32,000 bases of DNA from Candidatus Saganbacteria bacterium (GTDB lineage: Bacteria > Margulisbacteria > WOR-1 > JAKLHX01): assembly GCA_026387835.1 (NCBI GenBank), contig JAPLKZ010000013.1:30001-62000 (forward strand), in the 5' to 3' direction. A program made the position numbers and the translations under genes. Each line of letters opens with the position of its first letter. The stretch's first letter is position 1. The notes under the pieces were generated by a model. It had not been told where the DNA came from. It ran no database searches and saw only the letters and a list, made by a program, of their open reading frames with translations. This document shows, in pieces, positions 25,583-32,000 of this stretch.

Positions 25583-26571
25583 TTGTTCCACTGCGACGGG
25601 ACAAATATCGTCTCAAAAGCGGACAGGGCATACCTGTCGGTCATGCCGGCGATAAAATCCCTGACAGCTCCGGCAAGAGTTTTTTTGTTTCCGGCGCGCT
25701 TAAAGTCCGGTATGCCTGAAGGTTCAGACATGTAATGGCCAAAAAGAGCGGAGAGCACGTGATAGATCTTTTTTTCTTCATTTTTTGAGCGCGGTCCGGT
25801 ATAGACGGTCCTGTACATGAAGCCGTAAAGGCCATTAAGAACGGAAAGGCCTTTTCTGCCCATGCATATTTTATCTCTTCCGCTACTGTTATTTACCACG
25901 TCTTTCACGAATACGTCTACCGGGCTTCTGCCGATGAAATCCTGGAATTTTTCCGGTATCTGCTCTCTTTTTAAAACTCCTGAACGTATCGAATCATCGA
26001 TATCATGATTGATATACGCGATCCTGTCCGCGAACCTGACGATCTGGCCTTCGAGGGTCTTTGCCAAAGGAAAAGTCCACGGGTGGTTAAGTATTCCGTC
26101 CCTGACTTCCCGCGTCAGGTTCAATCTTTCTATATCGTCTATCACGTGCAGGCTCTGCTCGTTATGGAAAAATCTCAAGCCGTATTTTTTCAGGAGGCTG
26201 TCAAGGACAGCTTCTCCGGCGTGGCCGAATGGAGTATGTCCGAGATCATGTCCGAGCGCGATCGCTTCGGTCAGGTCCTCGTTAAGTCCGAGCGCTCTGG
26301 CAATGGTCCGTCCTATCTGCGAGACTTCCAGAGTGTGGGTCAGTCTAGTCCTGTAATGGTCCCCGGAGGGCGCGATGAAGACCTGCGTCTTGTGCTTGAG
26401 CCTTCTGAAAGCTTTTGAATGGATGATGCGGTCCCTGTCATGCTGGAAAGCAGTGCGGATATCGCATTCTTTTTCACCGCGCAGCCTGCCCCTGCTTTTG
26501 CAAGACAAAGCGGCTCTTTTAGAAAGAGCCTGGCTTTCTTTTTTTTCAACCGCTTCGCGGATCGTTTGCAT
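25579..26571 (-). CDS. dgt: Deoxyguanosinetriphosphate triphosphohydrolase-like HD protein
   Basis: RDRIIHSKAFRRLKHKTQVF...GDHYRTRLTHTLEVSQIGRTIARALGLNEDLTEAIALGHDLGHTPFGHAGE, FADRIAYINHDIDD. Confidence 0.94.
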   Translation of the reverse strand: MQTIREAVEKKESQALSKRAALSCKSRGRLRGEKECDIRTAFQHDRDRIIHSKAFRRLKHKTQVFIAPSGDHYRTRLTHTLEVSQIGRTIARALGLNEDLTEAIALGHDLGHTPFGHAGEAVLDSLLKKYGLRFFHNEQSLHVIDDIERLNLTREVRDGILNHPWTFPLAKTLEGQIVRFADRIAYINHDIDDSIRSGVLKREQIPEKFQDFIGRSPVDVFVKDVVNNSSGRDKICMGRKGLSVLNGLYGFMYRTVYTGPRSKNEEKKIYHVLSALFGHYMSEPSGIPDFKRAGNKKTLAGAVRDFIAGMTDRYALSAFETIFVPSQWNK

Positions 26572-26573
26572 AT

Positions 26574-29345
26574 CTATTTTGATTTATATGCTCTGCTGGA
26601 CTTTTCTTTCAACACCGCCTGTGCAGCCGCGAGTCTCGCGATAGGCACCCTGAAAGGAGAACAACTTACATAGTTAAGCCCGATATTATGGCAGAATTCA
26701 ACAGATGCGGGATCTCCGCCGTGCTCTCCGCAGATGCCGATCTTCAGGTCCGCCCTTGCGGACCTGCCTTTTAAAACGCCCATCTTGACGAGCTCTCCTA
26801 CGCCGCTCTGATCGAGAGTTACGAACGGGTCAACATTTATGATCTTCTTCTCGATATACTCCGGAAGGAACGAGCCGATGTCGTCCCTGCTGAAACCGAA
26901 GCTCATCTGCGTAAGGTCATTGGTCCCGAAAGAGAAGAAATGGGCCGATTTTGCGATCTTATCCGCCACAAGAGCGGCTCTCGGGATCTCTATCATCGTT
27001 CCGACAGTATAAGGGATATTCACTTTGTATTTAGCTTTTACCTCTTCATAGATCCTCTTTATCACAACGATCTGGTCATCGATCTCTCTTACCATGGCTA
27101 CGACCGGCACCATAATTTCCGGATGCGCCTTTTTCCCCGTCTTAATAAGTTCCGCCGCGGATTCGAATATCGCCCTGGCTTCGATCTCCGTTATTTCCGG
27201 GTAGGTGATGCCGAGCCTGACCCCGCGGTGGCCCATCATCGGATTGCTTTCTCTGAGCACGCTTGCCCGTTTTTCAAGCTCTTCCATGCTGATGTTCAGT
27301 GCTTTTGCAAGTTCTTCGAGCTTTGCTGCTTCATGCGGGACGAATTCGTGGAGCGGCGGGTCGATCAGCCTGATCGTCACGGGCAGGCCGTTCATCGCCT
27401 CAAGAGTCGCCTTGATATCCGACTTCATGTAAGGATAAAGCTCTTTCAGGGCTTCCTTTCTTTCGCTCTCCGTCTTTGAAAGGATCATCTTTCTCAGGAT
27501 GAAAAGCGGCTTTTCGGTCCCTTCACCGTAGAACATATGTTCTATCCTGAAAAGCCCGATGCCCTCGGCCCCGAACTGTCTTGCTTTTTTTGCGTCAGCA
27601 GGAGTATCGGCGTTGGTCCTTACTTTCAATCTTCTGATCCCGTCGCACAAGACAAGGAATGAATCCAAAAGACTGGATTCTTCGGTCGCATCTATCATCG
27701 GCAGTTTGCCGGCATATACATTTCCCTTGGTGCCGTTAAGAGTGATCCAGTCGCCTTCTTTCAGGGTCATTCCGCTGACCGAGATCGTTTTTTTCTGATG
27801 ATCGATATCCAAAGCGCTGCAGCCGACGATACAGCATTTTCCCCAGCCTCTTGCTACCAATGCGGCGTGAGAGGTCATCCCGCCTCTTGCAGTCAGGATC
27901 GCTTCTGCCGCTCTCATTCCTTCGACGTCCTCGGGATTGGTCTCTTCTCTGACCAGGATCACCTTGCTGCCTTTCTTCGCCCATTCGACGGCATCGTTCG
28001 CGCTGAAGACGATCACTCCTGCCGCGCCGCCGGGGCCCGCGGGCAGTCCTTTTGCGACAGGTTTGTTCGTCTTTTCGGCGGCAGGATCCACTATAGGATG
28101 CAGAAGCTCGTCAAGCTGGGCCGGGGTCACCCTTAAAACAGCCTCTTCCTTTGTTATAAGTTTTTCTTTTACCATATCGACGGCCATCTTCACTGCCGCG
28201 GGGCCGTTCCTTTTTCCGATTCGGCATTGCAGCATGAAAAGGGTCCCTTTTTCTATGGTGAACTCAATATCCTGCATATCCCTATAATGTTTTTCAAGCC
28301 TTTTCTGGATATCAAACAGTTCTTTGTAGATCCCGGGCATCGCTTTTTCGAGCGTTAAAAGATCTTTGTTATGTTCGCTCTGGCTCACTGTGTTGATAGG
28401 GGCGGGGGTCCTGGTCCCCGCGACTACATCCTCTCCCTGCGCGTTGATAAGATATTCTCCGTAGAAGTGCGCGTCTCCGTTGCCGGGGTTCCTTGTAAAT
28501 GCGACGCCTGTCGCGCAGTCGCTGCCCATGTTGCCGAAAACCATTGTCTGGACACTGACGGCCGTTCCCCATTCATCGGGGATATTCTCGATCTTCCTGT
28601 AGGAGATCGCTCTTTTACCGTTCCATGAAGAAAATACCGCTCCTACGCCTCCCCAGAGCTGTTCCATGTGGTCGTCAGGAAATTCTTTTCCGAGAACCTC
28701 CTTGACTTTTTTCTTGAAAGATTCGCAGAGCTTTTTCAGGTCTTCCGCGGTCAAATCGGTATCGCTCTTGTAGCCGTTCTGGTTTTTGACCTTCCCCATC
28801 ATGTGGTCCAGCTGTTTCCTGATACCCATATCGTCTTTAGGCTCGATGCCCGCCGCCTTTTCCATCACTACATCGCTATACATCATTATCAGCCTTCTGT
28901 AAGCGTCGTAAACGAACCTTTCGTTCCCGCCGGTCTGTTTGATAAGTCCCGGTATCGTCTTTGAAGTAAGCCCGACGTTAAGGACCGTCTCCATCATCCC
29001 CGGCATCGAACTCCTCGCGCCGGAGCGGACGGATACGAGCAGCGGATTTTGCGGATCACCGAATTTCTTTCCCATTATCTTTTCGATCTTTTCGACCGCG
29101 GTCTTTACCTGCGCTTCCAGTTTTTTAGGATATTTTTTGCGGTTCTCGTAATAATACGTGCAGACATCGGTCGTTATCGTGAAACCGGGAGGGACAGGAA
29201 GTTTAAGTTTAGGATGCCCCGCCATTTCGGCGAGGTTCGCTCCTTTTCCTCCCAGGAGGTTCTTCATCTTTTCATGGCCGTCAGCACGCCCTCCTCCGAA
29301 GAAGTAAACGAACTTTTTGGACCCGGACTTTTTTTTAGCAGCCAT
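26574..29345 (-). CDS. ppdK: Pyruvate, phosphate dikinase
   Basis: LLGGKGANLAEMA, PLLVSVRSGARSSMPGMMETVLNVG, ARGGMTSHAALVARGWGKCCIVG, FRIEHMFYG, VRLGITYPEI, FFSFGTNDLTQMSFGFSRDD, GICGEHGGDP. Confidence 0.98.
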   Translation of the reverse strand: MAAKKKSGSKKFVYFFGGGRADGHEKMKNLLGGKGANLAEMAGHPKLKLPVPPGFTITTDVCTYYYENRKKYPKKLEAQVKTAVEKIEKIMGKKFGDPQNPLLVSVRSGARSSMPGMMETVLNVGLTSKTIPGLIKQTGGNERFVYDAYRRLIMMYSDVVMEKAAGIEPKDDMGIRKQLDHMMGKVKNQNGYKSDTDLTAEDLKKLCESFKKKVKEVLGKEFPDDHMEQLWGGVGAVFSSWNGKRAISYRKIENIPDEWGTAVSVQTMVFGNMGSDCATGVAFTRNPGNGDAHFYGEYLINAQGEDVVAGTRTPAPINTVSQSEHNKDLLTLEKAMPGIYKELFDIQKRLEKHYRDMQDIEFTIEKGTLFMLQCRIGKRNGPAAVKMAVDMVKEKLITKEEAVLRVTPAQLDELLHPIVDPAAEKTNKPVAKGLPAGPGGAAGVIVFSANDAVEWAKKGSKVILVREETNPEDVEGMRAAEAILTARGGMTSHAALVARGWGKCCIVGCSALDIDHQKKTISVSGMTLKEGDWITLNGTKGNVYAGKLPMIDATEESSLLDSFLVLCDGIRRLKVRTNADTPADAKKARQFGAEGIGLFRIEHMFYGEGTEKPLFILRKMILSKTESERKEALKELYPYMKSDIKATLEAMNGLPVTIRLIDPPLHEFVPHEAAKLEELAKALNISMEELEKRASVLRESNPMMGHRGVRLGITYPEITEIEARAIFESAAELIKTGKKAHPEIMVPVVAMVREIDDQIVVIKRIYEEVKAKYKVNIPYTVGTMIEIPRAALVADKIAKSAHFFSFGTNDLTQMSFGFSRDDIGSFLPEYIEKKIINVDPFVTLDQSGVGELVKMGVLKGRSARADLKIGICGEHGGDPASVEFCHNIGLNYVSCSPFRVPIARLAAAQAVLKEKSSRAYKSK

Positions 29346-29447
29346 TGTTTTTCCTTTCCTGTTTTTCCCGCAAAAAAACGCGCAAAGTATCCTTGACCGT
29401 TTAAATAGGGGTTTGTTTATGTGCAGTTATTGACTGCGCTTACATTA

Positions 29448-29456
29448 TTATAGCAC
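29448..29456 (-). promoter_or_regulatory. Extended -10 promoter candidate for the ppdK-dgt-dnaG block
   Basis: Minus strand TGCTATAAT (TGnTATAAT extended -10) ~100 nt upstream of the ppdK ATG. The -35 is poor. Confidence 0.5.
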
Positions 29457-29482
29457 AAAATTTTCACGGGGCTTGACAGAAC

Positions 29483-29555
29483 TGGACCTGAGGGGGATCG
29501 AACCCCTTACCTCTTGCATGCCATACAAGCGCTCTACCAATTGAGCTACAGGCCC
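29483..29555 (-). tRNA. tRNA-Ala (anticodon GGC)
   Basis: Minus strand GGGCCTG...GAGC-G-CTTGT-ATGGCAT-GCAAG...GGGGTTCGATCCCC...CAGGTCC-A. Has the G3:U70 alanine identity pair. Confidence 0.94.
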
Positions 29556-29644
29556 ATGTAACTGATAACTTATTATTTAACCGGAGATAAGTATTATTAG
29601 GAACAAGAATATTTTAACATATTATAGAAAAGTTAGAAGTTTTA

Positions 29645-29902
29645 CTAAATGGAGGCGGATAAAAAAGCGGCTTGTTTTTCCAGGCCAGACACTAGAGTGA
29701 AACTAACGATGTCTCCTTCTTTGGTTGTGACCTTAATTTTCAGCTGCTTATTTTCCGGGTCATTTAATTCATCCTCCAACCTTTGTAAACTGACCGCCTC
29801 GCCGTTCATTTCAAGCCGTTTGATATTGGATATAGAAGCTTTCTGTGAGGCCGCGAAGATGGCTGTCGGATCGATATTATTTAGGCCTGTAATAGGTATC
29901 AT
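29645..29902 (-). CDS. Small hypothetical protein (85 aa)
   Basis: ORF MIPITGLNNIDPTAIF...VSGLEKQAAFLSASI. Its ATG overlaps the stop of an upstream 50-aa ORF (ATGA). Confidence 0.55.
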   Translation of the reverse strand: MIPITGLNNIDPTAIFAASQKASISNIKRLEMNGEAVSLQRLEDELNDPENKQLKIKVTTKEGDIVSFTLVSGLEKQAAFLSASI

Positions 29903-30051
29903 TTTATCAGGTTCACCTTTTTTAAATTAACCCTGTATTTCTCATCGACTTTTCCCTGAGAAATATCCTGTATCAGGAAAAACACTTTCCTGATGTCTTC
30001 TTTTTTTTGGTCTTCCCTGATCTCGAAAGTACCGAGATTTCTTCTGAACAT
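29899..30051 (-). CDS. Small hypothetical protein (50 aa), missing from the supplied ORF track
   Basis: I translate MFRRNLGTFEIREDQKKEDIRKVFFLIQDISQGKVDEKYRVNLKKVNLIK*. Good SD AAAGGAG 7 nt upstream, ATGA overlap with the next ORF. Confidence 0.55.
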   Translation of the reverse strand: MFRRNLGTFEIREDQKKEDIRKVFFLIQDISQGKVDEKYRVNLKKVNLIK

Positions 30052-30139
30052 ATTTCACTCCTTTGCCGCTATTTACTTGCAGCAAAGGTCTCTATACCAT
30101 TTATCGTTTATTAGGAGCACAGACTTGCATGTGATACGA

Positions 30140-30535
30140 TCACACGTGGTAGATTATCCCGCTTTTGCCCCAGAGGTCTTCGAGTTTGTATCTTGAGCGC
30201 TCTTCCGTCCCCATGACATGCGCGATGACGCTGATCATGTCGAGTATCATCCAGTTCGAATCCGGCCGGCCCTGCCAGCGCGGAACCCTGACAGAGTTCT
30301 TTTCCAGGACTTCATCTATGCCGCCGGCGATTGCGCCTGTCTGGGCTTTTGAAGAAGAGGAGCAGATGACAAAATAATTGCAGACGGATGAACTTTTCCT
30401 TACATCTATTATCTCGATATCCTCAGCTTTTTTGTCAACAGCGCCTTTTGCGATGAGTTGCGCGAGCTTTTGAGAGGTGATCTCTTTGGGCCTGTCCGTT
30501 CTTTTAGTTGGCTGCCGTCTCTTTCGGGATCTCAT
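30140..30535 (-). CDS. rsfS: Ribosomal silencing factor RsfS
   Basis: KKAEDIEIIDVRKSSSVCNYFVICSSSSKAQTGAIAGGIDEVL...WQGRPDSNWMILDMISVIAHVMGTEERSRYKLEDLWG. SD AGGAGG upstream. Confidence 0.93.
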   Translation of the reverse strand: MRSRKRRQPTKRTDRPKEITSQKLAQLIAKGAVDKKAEDIEIIDVRKSSSVCNYFVICSSSSKAQTGAIAGGIDEVLEKNSVRVPRWQGRPDSNWMILDMISVIAHVMGTEERSRYKLEDLWGKSGIIYHV

Positions 30536-31481
30536 TTACCCTCCTTCCTCTAAGGTATTGGTCGACTATAGGGATCACCTTGTCCATTTCAGGCTGCAGG
30601 TAATAGATCCCATCGATCCTTGTGGATGTGCCGGGAATAGAGACCACCGCGATATTTCCTATCTCGTAGGACTGCCTTACCATGGACGCAAGTCCCAGGA
30701 TCTGCGATGTGGATAAATTGGTCTCGACGCACCCCAGCATATCCATCAGCAGCTGGTAGACCTGCACGATATTCTTTGTGCCGGCCATTTCGGTTACAAC
30801 TTCCTGAAGGAATTTTTGCTGGCGCTTTATGCGCCCAAAATCACCTTTTGCGTCATGCCGGAAGCGCAGGTAGCCTATCGCCTGTTTCCCGTTCAATCTC
30901 TGTACTCCGGGCTTGAGGTCTATAAAAAGTCCTCCGGCGTAATCGACATAGTACATCCTCTGGTCCACATCGACCATCACTCCGCCGAGCCTGTCGATTA
31001 TATTTGCAAGGCCGTCTACTTTTATCTTGATATAGTAGTTGATGGGTACGTTCAGAAAACTTGATGTTGTCGCGCAGGCCAGTTCGGGGCCTCCGAAGGC
31101 GTACGCGTGATTTATTTTATCTATCCTGATCCCCGGGATGACGACGAGAGTATCTCTGGGGATCGATACGATGCTTACTGTCTTGCTTTCGGGATCGATA
31201 TGCATGACCATGATCGTGTCGGACCTGTTGACGCCTTCGGTGGCATCAATGCCAAGAAGCAGGATGTTCATCTCGGGGAACTGTACATTTGAAGGGGACA
31301 AAGTAAAAAGCATCTCGAATACCGATATCCGGCTGAGGATAAATGAGGCTGTAAACCCCAGAAAAGCGGAAAGAACTACAAGGATGACAGTGAAGAATAT
31401 CAGAAGTTTTGTCCAAGCTTTTCCCGAAGAATTTAAGCCGGAACGGGCCGCAATCTCCGGAAAAAGTTGTTTATCTGACAT
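30504..31481 (-). CDS. LytR-CpsA-Psr family cell-envelope protein
   Basis: N-terminal transmembrane segment, then NILLLGIDATEGVNRSDTIMVMHIDPESKTVSIVSIPRDTLV, KINHAYAFGG, GGVMVDVD, LNGKQAIGYLRFRHDAKGDFGRIKRQQKFL. Confidence 0.95.
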   Translation of the reverse strand: MSDKQLFPEIAARSGLNSSGKAWTKLLIFFTVILVVLSAFLGFTASFILSRISVFEMLFTLSPSNVQFPEMNILLLGIDATEGVNRSDTIMVMHIDPESKTVSIVSIPRDTLVVIPGIRIDKINHAYAFGGPELACATTSSFLNVPINYYIKIKVDGLANIIDRLGGVMVDVDQRMYYVDYAGGLFIDLKPGVQRLNGKQAIGYLRFRHDAKGDFGRIKRQQKFLQEVVTEMAGTKNIVQVYQLLMDMLGCVETNLSTSQILGLASMVRQSYEIGNIAVVSIPGTSTRIDGIYYLQPEMDKVIPIVDQYLRGRRVNEIPKETAAN

Positions 31482-32000
31482 TTATTTTAAGTAATAATTC
31501 CTTGTAATGACTGTCCGGCAATAGACGGGCAAATTGTTTTTCAAAAGATATTGTATCATCTCTCCTGCCACAAGCGCAATCGCTTTTTCCATGTTCTTTT
31601 TCGCGGCCCCCCTTATTTTTTTTACATGGTGTTGTTTTCTGCCGGGTTCGATATGGTCCGCCAGATAAATGATCTTTTCAAGCTTTGTCATGTTTTCTTT
31701 TCCGGCGGTGTGATGGCCGATCGCGGAAAGGACCTCCCTGTCTTTTATCCCAAAATGCTTTCTGGCGATGACCGCGCTCACTTTGTCATGTAAAAGCTTC
31801 GGGTTCTGCAGGACGAAGCTGTCCAGTCTCAGTTTTTCTTTTTTTGCGGTTTTCAGCAGTTCACCGGGAGAAAGGGATTTTGCGCAATCATGGAGCAGTC
31901 CCGCTATCGTGGCTTTTTTTATGTCCGCGCCGTGGATCCTGGCCAGGCGGACAGCCGTTTTTGAAACTGACAAGCTGTGATCGAAGCGCTCGGCATCCAG
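31482..32000 (-). CDS. yqeK: YqeK-family HD hydrolase (partial; N-terminus beyond window)
   Basis: The frame is open to the window edge (LDAERFDHSLSVSKTAVRLA). ATIAGLLHDCAKSLSP, AIGHHTAGKENMTKLEKIIYLADHIEPGR. Confidence 0.9.
   Translation of the reverse strand: MDAERFDHSLSVSKTAVRLARIHGADIKKATIAGLLHDCAKSLSPGELLKTAKKEKLRLDSFVLQNPKLLHDKVSAVIARKHFGIKDREVLSAIGHHTAGKENMTKLEKIIYLADHIEPGRKQHHVKKIRGAAKKNMEKAIALVAGEMIQYLLKNNLPVYCRTVITRNYYLK

Noticed and set aside
29423-29440. GCAGT-tattg-ACTGC hairpin in the ppdK leader as a riboswitch
   Set aside because: It has only a 5-bp stem and no conserved riboswitch core that I could recognise.
30130-30144. TGTGAT-acg-ATCACA palindrome as a CRP site
   Set aside because: The spacing is TGTGA-N5-TCACA rather than N6, and it spans the rsfS stop codon with weak flanks. 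Chance or a small hairpin is as likely.
1-32000. CRISPR arrays, prophage genes, transposases, toxin-antitoxin pairs or defence islands
   Set aside because: I saw no spaced direct repeats and no integrase, transposase, capsid or Cas-like motifs. The gene content is housekeeping and envelope-related. The HD and MBL proteins alone are not evidence of defence.

Overview
The window looks like an ordinary bacterial chromosome segment with no phage, IS element, CRISPR array or rRNA that I can support. From left to right it contains:
(1) A plus-strand nitrogen-assimilation cluster (~1-11055): 3' end of an amt-family ammonium transporter, P-II protein, GS-I glutamine synthetase, a tiny stand-alone Fis-type HTH protein, gltB and gltD. 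The last gene, coupled to gltD by a 4-nt ATGA overlap, encodes an 850-aa protein with a KaiC/RecA-like but P-loop-less N-terminal domain fused to a PEP-synthase-type ATP-binding domain. It has no phosphohistidine domain.
(2) tRNA-Met(CAT) followed 9 nt later by an RluA-family pseudouridine synthase, then a flavin-reductase-like protein, a secreted HEYTH metallopeptidase / beta-propeller / probable beta-barrel protein, and a helical-N-terminus MBL hydrolase.
(3) Two adjacent minus-strand secreted paralogues with an L,D-transpeptidase-like SHGC motif near the N terminus and the TPTGTF-like part after it. This order suggests a circularly permuted YkuD-like fold.
(4) tRNA-Glu, a second MBL protein, an outer-membrane-like protein, and the minus-strand block ppdK-dgt-dnaG-rpoD.
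(5) tRNA-Ala, two tiny coupled ORFs with a hairpin next to the ribosome-binding site, and rsfS, LytR-CpsA-Psr and yqeK (partial).
The best novelty candidates are the permuted YkuD-like pair and the degenerate-KaiC/PPDK_N fusion in the nitrogen operon. All family calls come from reading motifs in the sequence. No database search was run.
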